Source: a virus
Taxonomy: Duplodnaviria; Caudoviricetes
Strand: one strand, 5' to 3'
Virus record (IMG/VR): IMGVR_UViG_2595698524_000001
Coordinates: 159,990 to 223,989 of that record
DNA: 64,000 nucleotides
The notes under the pieces were generated by a model. That model was not told the origin of the DNA. It made no database searches and saw only the letters and a program-made list of their open reading frames with translations. Made by a program: the position numbers and the translations under genes. Shown in pieces: positions 1-8,825 of the stretch; the stretch's first letter is position 1; every line of letters begins with the position of its first letter.

Positions 1-882
1 GATACCACGCTGGAAGCACGTATCAAAATTCAGCAAGAAGCGGTTAATGAAGCATTGCAAGCGAAGTACGACGTTGAGGGAACGCTTAAGCAAGCGCAGG
101 CGCATTTGTCTAGTCTGCAGCGTACCAAAACTGCGGTTGAGAACTTCAAGGTCTTAGAGGGGCGTTTAGAGTCTGCTCTGCGTCTTTACTCGAACAACCT
201 TGCTGTAAAAGAAGTCGAATCATTGAGGGATTCTCGCTGGGACCAATTCTCGATTGCTCGTGAACGTTATCGTTTAATGCAGCAGGAGTTGGATAAACTC
301 GCGGAACTCGAAAAAGAGCTGGAGCGTTTGTTAAAGCATCAGCACACGACCAAACTGATGGTGCAGAGTTTCTCTCCGGAGAAAGGTGTTCTGCGTCGTC
401 ACTTCTTTAACTCAATTGCACGTGTAACCGAGATGATGTCCAGCTACATCGAACATATCTGGGCGTACCCAATGCAAGTCTTGCCGTGTGATATGTCTGA
501 GGGTGACTTGGACTACCGTTTTCCGTACCGTTTAAAAGACAACGCGGAACCGGTGTTCGATATCTGCAAAGGTTCAGCCGCACAACGCGATATCTTCGAC
601 TTGACTTTCCGCTTAACGGCGTATCGTTGCTTAGGGTTGAAGCAATATCCGCTACTGTTGGATGAGCCGGGCGCAACATTCGACGAAGCTCACCGTAACG
701 AACTGGTAGACTTCTTGAAAATGCTGCTGCACTCAGACGAGTTCTCACAAATCATCGTAATCTCGCATAACTCCGAGGTTCACTCGAAGTTAGTCGGTGC
801 AGATTACTGCGTGCTGGAATCCGAAGGGATTACCCCGCCGCCTGTCTATAACCAAAACGTGAAGATAACGTACAATGACTAA
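1..882 (+). CDS. sbcC: SbcC/Rad50-like SMC ATPase, C-terminal part (begins upstream of window)
   Basis: Coiled-coil followed by degenerate signature GSAAQ, Walker B LLLDEP and H-loop VISH; frame is open from position 1. Confidence 0.85.
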   Translation, partial: DTTLEARIKIQQEAVNEALQAKYDVEGTLKQAQAHLSSLQRTKTAVENFKVLEGRLESALRLYSNNLAVKEVESLRDSRWDQFSIARERYRLMQQELDKLAELEKELERLLKHQHTTKLMVQSFSPEKGVLRRHFFNSIARVTEMMSSYIEHIWAYPMQVLPCDMSEGDLDYRFPYRLKDNAEPVFDICKGSAAQRDIFDLTFRLTAYRCLGLKQYPLLLDEPGATFDEAHRNELVDFLKMLLHSDEFSQIIVISHNSEVHSKLVGADYCVLESEGITPPPVYNQNVKITYND

Positions 883-891
883 GGAGGTAAA

Positions 892-1233
892 ATGGGCGGA
901 ACAGCTGTAGTAGTTGTCACAGCAGCAGCGGCTAATGCGGCCGCTAGTGCATCGTTAGCTGCGAGTAATGCGGCCCTAGCCGCCAATAGCTTGAACCATT
1001 CAGGTGGGGACATTGGTGAAGGTGGCGAGATTGCGCTTGCGATAATTCTGATTATTGCAGTGTTGCTTATTGGCGTGTCGCAGATACGAGATTATAAATG
1101 GGAGCGTGACTTTTACAGCGGATACGACTCCCGTAAGTCCGAGGTGGCTAGCCGTCGAATGACGGCAACGGCGGCGGTAATGTGTTTCGTGTTAGCGGCG
1201 ATTTTAATTCTGGTTATAATGGCGGTGGCATAA
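892..1233 (+). CDS. Small membrane protein, Ala-rich N-terminus, two hydrophobic helices
   Basis: AGGAGG RBS; hydrophobic segments IALAIILIIAVLLIGV and AAVMCFVLAAILILVIMAVA. Confidence 0.75.
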   Translation: MGGTAVVVVTAAAANAAASASLAASNAALAANSLNHSGGDIGEGGEIALAIILIIAVLLIGVSQIRDYKWERDFYSGYDSRKSEVASRRMTATAAVMCFVLAAILILVIMAVA

Positions 1234-1325
1234 TGAACATCATGACTTTGATTGGCCGGGTTATTAAGGCGATCATACGTGCTATGTTTTCAAGGAAGAA
1301 AAATGAAGAACGCAAAGAAAATTAA
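1233..1325 (+). CDS. Small 30-aa ORF (MNIMTLIGRVIKAIIRAMF...), not in ORF track
   Basis: TAATG coupling to upstream stop; read manually. Confidence 0.45.
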   Translation: MNIMTLIGRVIKAIIRAMFSRKKNEERKEN

Positions 1326-1431
1326 AAAGCTTACCTCGTCTCTCCCTCGCTTCATTGAAGAAGTCGGGGGTAAGAAACTCAGTAAGTGGCAGCGAGATTT
1401 GATTAAACGCTTCAAACGGAAAGAAAAATAA
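1303..1431 (+). CDS. Small basic 42-aa ORF (MKNAKKIKKL...KRKEK), not in ORF track
   Basis: AAGGAAG upstream; fills the gap up to the next promoter; ends GAA AAA TAA. Confidence 0.5.
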   Translation: MKNAKKIKKLTSSLPRFIEEVGGKKLSKWQRDLIKRFKRKEK

Positions 1432-1433
1432 CT

Positions 1434-1455
1434 CAGATATATATCATCTTAGTGA
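1434..1455 (+). promoter_or_regulatory. Putative early (virion RNAP) promoter
   Basis: CAGATATATATCATCTTAGTGA matches the recurrent ATATAT-N-TTA...RTGA motif; followed by TTGGAGCTAATCATG RBS/start. Confidence 0.6.
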
Positions 1456-1479
1456 CTATCAATCCTTTTGGAGCTAATC

Positions 1480-2175
1480 ATGTCTTATCCGTTTTTACTT
1501 GAACTAGAACAAGAACTGTTCCCTAATTTGTCTGTGAAGAAAATGTGGGAGAGTGACTACGCACAGTTCTTTTCTATTGCTGCACACGGCGGGCCTGAAC
1601 GTTCGTGGGGGTTTTCTGCGGTTGATATTAAGATTCGTCTACGTGCTTTTGATGCGCTGTCAAAGTGGTGGAAACAATTCGGTTTAAGGGAGTGCTCTGC
1701 GGACCGTTGGGTTGCTACGTGGGACGAACACCGCTTTAAAGAAGCGTATGAAGAACAGCGAATGCATCAGCCGTTCGACATGCTCAGCTTCCTCACCGCG
1801 ATGGACAGATTAACCGGCAACGATTTAATTCGCTTCCAAGGTGCGATTCTTCCGGAGTGGGTGCTGTCGCCGTCGTACAATTATGTCGATGAGCCGACTA
1901 AGCTGTACCGAGCGATGCGTGACATCTGGTATGGCCCGCGTCCGAAAAGGGAATACTTGGACTTCGGTGACGCCGCTATTCGTTACGCATGGCATCAACA
2001 CCACTATTTCCCGTATCAGCCTGAGCCTGAACTCTGGATGTACGTGGCAATGAATGGTAAACCATCCTACGTTAAAGGCCGTTTGTATGCGTACAACAAG
2101 TATCGCGACGTAACGGTTCTCGAAGAAAAGTTCCTGAAAACTTTGGTGAACCTGAACATCACTAAACGAAAGTAA
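1480..2175 (+). CDS. Hypothetical protein (aromatic-rich)
   Basis: ORF with GGAG RBS; ATG at 1480 preferred over TTG at 1468. Confidence 0.75.
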   Translation: MSYPFLLELEQELFPNLSVKKMWESDYAQFFSIAAHGGPERSWGFSAVDIKIRLRAFDALSKWWKQFGLRECSADRWVATWDEHRFKEAYEEQRMHQPFDMLSFLTAMDRLTGNDLIRFQGAILPEWVLSPSYNYVDEPTKLYRAMRDIWYGPRPKREYLDFGDAAIRYAWHQHHYFPYQPEPELWMYVAMNGKPSYVKGRLYAYNKYRDVTVLEEKFLKTLVNLNITKRK

Positions 2176-2184
2176 GGGTTTTAC

Positions 2185-2307
2185 ATGGACGGCTGGAGTG
2201 CTGAATTAATTGGGAGCGGGATATTTCTCGCTCTCTCTTTTCTCTTTCTTTACATTATACACAGACGAGATAAGAAATCTCGAAGGGGTGCGAATGACAA
2301 ACCGTAA
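2185..2307 (+). CDS. Small 40-aa single-pass membrane protein, not in ORF track
   Basis: MDGWSAELIGSGIFLALSFLFLYIIHRRDKK...: hydrophobic stretch then basic tail; AAGGG upstream. Confidence 0.55.
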   Translation: MDGWSAELIGSGIFLALSFLFLYIIHRRDKKSRRGANDKP

Positions 2308-2443
2308 AGCTATTTTCGCTATCGTTATTATCGTGGCGCTGCTAATGAAACAGTGGTGGCTTGTAATGCCGATGTTGGGCTTCGCGTTGGGTTATATTGC
2401 CCGTTCAGAAGTAGAACGTCAGCGTAAAGGTAAGCGGGTATGA
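2294..2443 (+). CDS. Small membrane protein
   Basis: MTNRKAIFAIVIIVALLMKQWWLVMPMLGFALGY; GGGG RBS; stop overlaps next ATG. Confidence 0.6.
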   Translation: MTNRKAIFAIVIIVALLMKQWWLVMPMLGFALGYIARSEVERQRKGKRV

Positions 2444-2742
2444 ACCCGCTTTTCACACCGGTGAAAGACCCGGCACTATTACCCGTCGTCGTTGAACGTC
2501 CGCAGCTGCTTTCTGCGGACTTTGACGGCGATACACCTTCCATGTCTCTGCGAAGTCCGTACGGTACTACGGGTGTCCGTCTTGCAGAGTTATTAGCTTC
2601 TACCATCCGTAGTGTCGCAGGTGCGTGGCGGAAAATGGTAACCAGTCCTGAATTTATTCGTGCAGTAAATATTGAACGGAAGCAACGCCGTTTGAAAAAC
2701 CAAAGACGTCGTCGCAAGTCTAAAGCGAACCGTAAAAAATAA
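2440..2742 (+). CDS. Small basic protein with SADFDGD motif and Arg/Lys-rich tail
   Basis: ATGA overlap with upstream gene; motif visible in translation. Confidence 0.7.
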   Translation: MNPLFTPVKDPALLPVVVERPQLLSADFDGDTPSMSLRSPYGTTGVRLAELLASTIRSVAGAWRKMVTSPEFIRAVNIERKQRRLKNQRRRRKSKANRKK

Positions 2743-2785
2743 TACCGTAAAGACATATCTATCACTATACCGTGGAGCATTCAAA

Positions 2786-3673
2786 ATGAACGAACAAAAG
2801 AAAGTCACTTTGCCGGGTAGCATCTCTAACATCCCAACCACTAACTACGCCCGTGCTTACTCTATCGTCAGTACGTGGGCACATCACTACACACCTGATG
2901 AAATGAAACGCCTACTCATCGGCCGGGGTGTTGACATTAGCGATATCGATGTTGAGGCGATGCACAAAGTCTGCAGCGCTTCTCTGGAAGGTTTAACTGC
3001 ACCTGCAGGTGGCCTTGAAATCACCTACGAAGACGGCACGAAGGAATCACGTTCCGCATCGGCCTCGTTGATGCAACCTAAGACGCCGGAAGAACAGGAG
3101 AACGCGTGGATTGAACGTAAGCGTGGTTTGATTGTTGCGGCATTGGCACGCCATCAAGGGGATGTTGATAAACTTGCCGCTATTGATAAGTTAACCCAGC
3201 GTCTGTTTAGCAAAGATCGTACGGCTTCTGAGCACATGCGGGATATGCAAGAACTTGCGGATTTGTTGGGTGTTAACACGTTGAATGAAGACTCTGCGTG
3301 GGATGCTTTTAAATCAGAAGCACTGAAGGCGGTGCCCGGAATGCATCGTAACCCAACGCCTATTCGTTTGACTGGTGAAAGCGAATTCAGCCGCATCGGG
3401 GATTATGGAAATCGTGGTCAAGGTTTCCTGAATCCTTGGAACTTGCAAGAGAGGAGTGGTCCGGGTGATGAACGCTTTTCAATTCACATGAGCAACCCGC
3501 AGCTTGGGGATATTTTCGGCATCCCTAAACCAGCGCCTGCTCATGAGAGCCCGTATGGACATGTGTTCCGTACCTACAGCGATGACTACCTGCGTGAAGC
3601 GTCCATCAAACGTAAGGCGAAACGTATTAAGAATCAGCGTCGTCGTCGCAATGCGAAAGCACGGAGAAAATAA
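2786..3673 (+). CDS. Hypothetical protein with Arg/Lys-rich C-terminal tail
   Basis: GGAG RBS; 295-aa ORF. Confidence 0.8.
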   Translation: MNEQKKVTLPGSISNIPTTNYARAYSIVSTWAHHYTPDEMKRLLIGRGVDISDIDVEAMHKVCSASLEGLTAPAGGLEITYEDGTKESRSASASLMQPKTPEEQENAWIERKRGLIVAALARHQGDVDKLAAIDKLTQRLFSKDRTASEHMRDMQELADLLGVNTLNEDSAWDAFKSEALKAVPGMHRNPTPIRLTGESEFSRIGDYGNRGQGFLNPWNLQERSGPGDERFSIHMSNPQLGDIFGIPKPAPAHESPYGHVFRTYSDDYLREASIKRKAKRIKNQRRRRNAKARRK

Positions 3674-3855
3674 TGGAACAGGTATTTCAGTTACAACCGG
3701 TGCCGTTTATCGTACGCCCTCCTGAAGAACCAGAGCAGACGGTATTACGATACCGTACAAAAACGACCATTGCCGGTAAAGACTATCTCTTATACACCCC
3801 GGGTCCGCAAGACGAGACTTCCGAGCTGGTGAAGGTGAATCTAAATGACTGTTGA
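3673..3855 (+). CDS. Hypothetical protein
   Basis: TAATG coupling; GGAG upstream. Confidence 0.6.
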   Translation: MEQVFQLQPVPFIVRPPEEPEQTVLRYRTKTTIAGKDYLLYTPGPQDETSELVKVNLNDC

Positions 3856-4033
3856 CGACATTCTGCTGTTTCAGAAGTTCCTCGGTGCGTTATGCATCGG
3901 GGTTGTTTTAGTTGTTGTTGCGTTAGCCGTTGCGGTTCTCGTCGACAAATACCGTAACCCTATTGTAGAGGAGGAATCCGATGAGTCAGCTGACGTGGCA
4001 CACGAAGCACGAGCATTACCACACTCTGAATAA
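3845..4033 (+). CDS. Small single-pass membrane protein
   Basis: FLGALCIGVVLVVVALAVAVLV hydrophobic helix; overlaps neighbours in operon. Confidence 0.6.
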   Translation: MTVDDILLFQKFLGALCIGVVLVVVALAVAVLVDKYRNPIVEEESDESADVAHEARALPHSE

Positions 4034-4301
4034 CGAAATCGGCGAGTGGGCGAAAGTTAACGTGGGTCCGAACTGGGACTTAGAAACCACGTACACTTTT
4101 ATTTGGTTTGACGGTGAAGAGCATCTGTTCCGTGAAGATGTTCGTGAGAAGGTGATGAAAAAGATGGAAGGGCATCCGCCTATTCCTGAGAATCATCGCC
4201 GTCTCTATAACCTCTACCAGAACTACAATCACAATCCGGTGAAGACGTACTTCACGTACATCGACGTACCGGCCGAAGACTGTTATCAGAAAGAGCGTTA
4301 A
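3981..4301 (+). CDS. Hypothetical protein
   Basis: GAGGAGG RBS. Confidence 0.7.
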   Translation: MSQLTWHTKHEHYHTLNNEIGEWAKVNVGPNWDLETTYTFIWFDGEEHLFREDVREKVMKKMEGHPPIPENHRRLYNLYQNYNHNPVKTYFTYIDVPAEDCYQKER

Positions 4302-4303
4302 TC

Positions 4304-4801
4304 ATGCCATCATTAAAGTTTCTCCGAGAGTCTGAAATCGGCGGGGATTTGTTCAACGCGCCTGAGACGTATAAAGTCGTTACGGTGAATCAGGTCGGTG
4401 CTATGGGTCGGGGCATAGCACTGGCGTGTAAAGAACGTTATCCCATTGTCTATCGGGAGTACCGTTGGGCATGTCGTGAGAAACTTTATTTCCCCGACGA
4501 TGTCATGGTGTTTGACGAGGAGAAGGTGATTCTCCTCGCGACCAAGCACGACTGGAAGGACCCATCTACCGTTGAAATAATTACGAGAGGGTTATATGGT
4601 TTGAGTCGCCAGTTGCCCACGTTAAACGCATCCGTTGCCCTTCCGCCATTAGGAATGGTTAATGGGTGGTTGAAGAAATCTCAGCGTGCTGAGGTTTTTT
4701 CTTTGCTGGTTGAACTTTTCTACAAACAGGATTGTACAGTGAGAATGTACCTTCCAGATGTTTTGTATGAGGAGGTACATGCAATGTACCATTCCAAATA
4801 G
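4304..4801 (+). CDS. Macro-domain (ADP-ribose binding/hydrolase, DarG/Appr-1-p-like) protein
   Basis: VVTVNQVGAMGRGIALACKERYP, ATKHDWKDPS and SVALPPLGMVNGWL are typical macro-domain motifs. Confidence 0.8.
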   Translation: MPSLKFLRESEIGGDLFNAPETYKVVTVNQVGAMGRGIALACKERYPIVYREYRWACREKLYFPDDVMVFDEEKVILLATKHDWKDPSTVEIITRGLYGLSRQLPTLNASVALPPLGMVNGWLKKSQRAEVFSLLVELFYKQDCTVRMYLPDVLYEEVHAMYHSK

Positions 4802-4805
4802 GGAT

Positions 4806-4825
4806 GGATATATATTCTCATTGTG
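4806..4825 (+). promoter_or_regulatory. Putative early promoter upstream of lytic transglycosylase
   Basis: GGATATATATTCTCATTGTG resembles the recurrent motif. Confidence 0.5.
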
Positions 4826-4955
4826 GCTAATAGGTTAGCCCGAGAACGTCTAATAATTAATCTCCGCAGGAGGCAGACTTAAGAACACCACGCCATTGGG
4901 GTAGTTGCATTGGCTACAAACCAGCGTTCAACAATTCGCACGAGGATAACCTTAA

Positions 4956-5810
4956 ATGAAACGTTTATTTTTAGGCTTAGCAATCCTGCTTACAAGCCTG
5001 CATGCAATGTCGTCGACGTCCACCGGCTCCCACTGGGACCGTCATAAGCAGACTGTCGTTAAAGCCGCCAAGAAAGTTGGCGTATCTCCAAAGCTCGCTA
5101 CCGCTATCGCCAGTCGCGAATCAAACGGTAAAGCGAATGCTAAAAATCAATACTCGTCAGCATCCGGGCTGATGCAAGTTACGCGTCCTACTGGTAGAAC
5201 AATGTTGCGTAAGTACGGTAAAGAGTTAGGACTCCCGTCTAACGCAGACATCATGAACCCAAAGGTGAACGCGCTGTTAGGGACTGTCTATTTAAGAGAA
5301 GTCCGTCAGGAAATGAATCAACGCTTGGGCCGCCCAGCTCGGGACCACGAAGTGTATCTTGCATATCACTTCTCACCCTCAAAAGCTGAGCGAATTATTA
5401 AAGCGCGTCCTTCTAAACGTATGGTTGATATTTACCCCGCTGCCGCCCGTGGCAATAAAGCGTGGTATTATCACAAAGGTGGAAAAGCAAAATCCGCAGC
5501 CGATGTTATCAACATGGCGCGGGCAAAAGTCGGCAAAGAGTCGAAGTATGGTCACGAAGCTGTGTCAGTTGCCAAAGCACCGAAGGCAAAACCCGCGCCA
5601 ACCGCTACCGCGAGCATGGGTACTACCACACCTGTCTGTTTTGCAGATTTGCAATCAGAGTCGTCAGAGCCTCGTGAACACCCTTTAACGGCAAAAGGTA
5701 AGTTAGGCAGTAGCGTCATATCGCGCTGCCGCGATACCGCTGCCATGGACCCGGAGTTTGATACTGCCATGGTGCAGTTTTCCTTGAAAGATAATTATTT
5801 GCGCTATTAA
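4956..5810 (+). CDS. Lytic transglycosylase (SLT) with N-terminal signal peptide
   Basis: MKRLFLGLAILLTSLHA signal; IASRES catalytic Glu; SSASGLMQ; NALLGTVYL; YLAY. Confidence 0.85.
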   Translation: MKRLFLGLAILLTSLHAMSSTSTGSHWDRHKQTVVKAAKKVGVSPKLATAIASRESNGKANAKNQYSSASGLMQVTRPTGRTMLRKYGKELGLPSNADIMNPKVNALLGTVYLREVRQEMNQRLGRPARDHEVYLAYHFSPSKAERIIKARPSKRMVDIYPAAARGNKAWYYHKGGKAKSAADVINMARAKVGKESKYGHEAVSVAKAPKAKPAPTATASMGTTTPVCFADLQSESSEPREHPLTAKGKLGSSVISRCRDTAAMDPEFDTAMVQFSLKDNYLRY

Positions 5811-5823
5811 CTAGGAGCAGACG

Positions 5824-6297
5824 GTGAGAACGAAACAGCCAGCCTTTGTACGGCCAACGGGCGAGGCACTACGCCTGACCGCGAACCAGGCAGTAAGTCA
5901 GACATTGAAAAGTAACTTTGGCGTGAAGAGTACCTTCTATCGTGTGCACGATTGTCAGCACACCTTAGAGCGGGCATTAGAACGCCGTAACTTTGACTTT
6001 GACACAGCGTACGGATTACTCTATTTGATGGGTCACCGTCCACAGCTATTAGAAACAGCCGATGGTTTTGCGCTGCTTCTCCTCCCGTCTGCAAGTTATA
6101 ACCGCACCATCACTCTTGACGTCGCGATTCAGGAGGCTAAAGTGTATCTGGCCAGAACGCTGAAGCTCGAAGATGAAACGAAGTCGGTGGTGAAAATGTT
6201 GAGTGTGTTCGGTAACGGTATGACGATACTGCGTGACCCGAATCTCCCTCGTGAGAAATTCCTGCTTGAGTTTAAACGCAATGAAATCGCTGCTTGA
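5824..6297 (+). CDS. Hypothetical protein
   Basis: AGGAG RBS, GTG start. Confidence 0.7.
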   Translation: MRTKQPAFVRPTGEALRLTANQAVSQTLKSNFGVKSTFYRVHDCQHTLERALERRNFDFDTAYGLLYLMGHRPQLLETADGFALLLLPSASYNRTITLDVAIQEAKVYLARTLKLEDETKSVVKMLSVFGNGMTILRDPNLPREKFLLEFKRNEIAA

Positions 6298-6793
6298 GTT
6301 ACCCCGTTTTTACAATCAACCGGATAGCATGGAAATCCTAACCGTGACCATGCCGGTGATTGTAGAGGCGTGTCGTTTAGATGTGTCAATTGAACAGACC
6401 GGTGAGATGGCTCCAACAGTTGCCACCGCGTTTGACATTGATGCCTATCTTGATTCGCCTCACTTGGTTAAGCCGTACGAGATGCGAGTAGTGGTTGCAC
6501 CTGAACACGGGGCGATTTATCAGGTTCCTCAACCTGCGCCATTGTTCGGCGATGCGTTATCGTTTGATGTCATGCGTGCAACATGGTTCCGTCCAGGTGT
6601 TGGGATGAGTTATCGCAAGTGGGCTCTTGCGACGTGGGATGACAATGCAGACACAATCACTGTGTTAGCATCACTCATTGACTCACCACTCACGCCGGTA
6701 GACGTTGTGGTCAGCGATGTCGAAGGTCGAACTAACGCATGCATTATCACCCCTGATATTTGCTACGTACGCATCGACCCAAGCAAACAATAA
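6281..6793 (+). CDS. Hypothetical protein
   Basis: ORF overlapping previous stop, ends at bidirectional terminator; start at 6281 inferred. Confidence 0.7.
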   Translation: MKSLLELPRFYNQPDSMEILTVTMPVIVEACRLDVSIEQTGEMAPTVATAFDIDAYLDSPHLVKPYEMRVVVAPEHGAIYQVPQPAPLFGDALSFDVMRATWFRPGVGMSYRKWALATWDDNADTITVLASLIDSPLTPVDVVVSDVEGRTNACIITPDICYVRIDPSKQ

Positions 6794-6855
6794 AAAAGAA
6801 ACACCTCCGTACCCTTTTGGGGTACGGGGTGCTCTTTTATTTCTTTTTATTTTTT
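6792..6855. terminator. Bidirectional intrinsic terminator
   Basis: CACCTCCGTACCC-TTTT-GGGGTACGGGGTG stem flanked by A-run and T-run between convergent genes. Confidence 0.85.
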
Positions 6856-7458
6856 GTCGCCGACGATTGCCAACAACTGTTCATTCAGCGCCGTGAGTTC
6901 GTCGTTGCGTTTCTTCGCTGACGCTAACTGCTCTTCGAGCGGGACGGCATCGCGAATATTCTTCTTACGCTTACTCTCCATTTCGATATGCTGGTCATTA
7001 TTAACCTGACCTTCATAGCGCATGGTGGAGATATACGGGACAGGTTTAATCCCTAACTTCGATTGGACGAAGTTTGAGAAGTCCCCGGTGAAGGCACCGA
7101 CATCAACATAGTCCGGCAGCAACGCCAAGTCTATCACCAACACATTACGGTTATACTTTAACCCGGTTAAACCCGGATACGAAGACAGATACGTATTGGG
7201 TACGTAACGTACTTCGCCGTCATTGGCCTTGAACACCAGTATCGAAGCATTTAACGCGGCATCTGCCTTGTAGTCTGCCTGAGTGATGTTATGGGGCGCG
7301 TAGTACGTCGAATAGACCGGCTTATTGTTGCGTTCAAGTTCCGGGAAGGTGCGTATCGCATCTAAGCGATAGATAACACCCTGCGGGAGCTCGAACGGTG
7401 AAAGGCAGACAAAGCTGCCCTCACAGTTGATAGGGGGCGTAAGTGGAGTACGCGCCAT
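6847..7458 (-). CDS. Conserved jumbo-phage protein, probably virion structural
   Basis: GAGG RBS; co-transcribed with upstream gene; structural role inferred from synteny. Confidence 0.7.
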   Translation of the reverse strand: MARTPLTPPINCEGSFVCLSPFELPQGVIYRLDAIRTFPELERNNKPVYSTYYAPHNITQADYKADAALNASILVFKANDGEVRYVPNTYLSSYPGLTGLKYNRNVLVIDLALLPDYVDVGAFTGDFSNFVQSKLGIKPVPYISTMRYEGQVNNDQHIEMESKRKKNIRDAVPLEEQLASAKKRNDELTALNEQLLAIVGDKK

Positions 7459-7467
7459 TTATCCTCC

Positions 7468-8805
7468 TTAGACGACTTCCGGCCAGACCGAAGTACGGCT
7501 GAGTACACGGTATTCCACATTTTCATGTTCGAAGATGTAGAACGCCAAGTCTTTGTTACTTTCATCAATGACCTTCACCACATCAGTGGTGCCGGCATAC
7601 GGATGGTACTCTTCAGCCGCAATCAAAGCCTGGATGTACAGACGAATCCACTCGGTGGTGGGTTTCGACACACGTGAGATTTCACTGGACGACGTAGAGA
7701 TTAACGCGTAGTCCGGAATGGTTTCATGCAGTGTCTTTTTATTGTCTGCGTTTTCAGGCCCACTGATACAGACCGCGCTAAGCGATTTGTACTGCGCAGG
7801 GATAATGCACACATCAGTGGCTGGCACTTTATGCGGAATAGTTGTGTCTGATTCAGTCGCAGACCATTCGCCGAAAGTGTCAATGGATTTCAGGATGAAA
7901 TCGTATGGAAGCATCGGGGAGTAGAGTGACGCAATATCTTCCATGTTGGGGATACCGCGAACCTGCCAACCCGGAATAAAAGTAAAGCGTGTAGTCGAGA
8001 AAAGATCGGGAAACACTTTCGCCCAATCCGCACGACTATATCCTGACTGCGACAGAACGGCGTTTTGATACGCCTCTTTGACGTATGTCGGGTTACGTCC
8101 CTGAGGGCCGTAAATGATACAGGTAAAGACGATATTCGGGATAGTGGATTCACTGTTCTCGCGGTCATGCCACGTGTAGTAATTCGTGTGGATGGCCGTA
8201 TAAGGGAATTTATTTGCCATTTCATTCACTTTATCGTGATGGTCTGGCAGATTCCATTCTTCTAATGCTTTTTCGACCACCGTCTTAACCGACTGGAATG
8301 TGTCGATAGGATTCAGCATCAAAATGACTTCGATGTCAAAGCCACGATAATCCTTGGCAAAGTCGGCATCGGAGAACCAGAGACGGATTTCGTTCTCTTC
8401 CTGCCCTTCGAGCGTGTAGGCAATCCAACGTGGGAACCAGTTCCCCTTGCCTTCAATCATCGCGCCGGTAGACACTTTAGAGATTTTGGATGAAAACTGT
8501 CCGACCAGCAGACGCTGGAATTCGACTTCGTCGTTTTTCAGCACGCCGTTAATCGCTTGTGAATAAATCCACTGCGTGACTGTTAATACGTTATCGGAGA
8601 ACGACGACGGAACAGTAATGGCTACCTTATCTCGTTTCGAGGTGAAGGCAACCAGTTCCACCTGCATGTTTGCTTTACTAAACCATTGTTTATCTTTAGC
8701 AAAGCTGGTAGCATACTCTGAGAGCTCCCCTACAGGAGCTGTAACACCGCCGGGTGTATTGTCTTTCAGCGGTCCAATATTGATGAACCCTTGTAAATCG
8801 TACAT
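7468..8805 (-). CDS. Probable virion structural protein
   Basis: 445-aa ORF with GGAG RBS; function inferred from phiKZ-like context. Confidence 0.7.
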   Translation of the reverse strand: MYDLQGFINIGPLKDNTPGGVTAPVGELSEYATSFAKDKQWFSKANMQVELVAFTSKRDKVAITVPSSFSDNVLTVTQWIYSQAINGVLKNDEVEFQRLLVGQFSSKISKVSTGAMIEGKGNWFPRWIAYTLEGQEENEIRLWFSDADFAKDYRGFDIEVILMLNPIDTFQSVKTVVEKALEEWNLPDHHDKVNEMANKFPYTAIHTNYYTWHDRENSESTIPNIVFTCIIYGPQGRNPTYVKEAYQNAVLSQSGYSRADWAKVFPDLFSTTRFTFIPGWQVRGIPNMEDIASLYSPMLPYDFILKSIDTFGEWSATESDTTIPHKVPATDVCIIPAQYKSLSAVCISGPENADNKKTLHETIPDYALISTSSSEISRVSKPTTEWIRLYIQALIAAEEYHPYAGTTDVVKVIDESNKDLAFYIFEHENVEYRVLSRTSVWPEVV

Positions 8806-8825
8806 ATAACTACTCCGAGGTAAAT

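Noticed and set aside
2748-2772. Possible early promoter AAGACATATCTATCACTATA
   Set aside because: Too many mismatches to the motif to call
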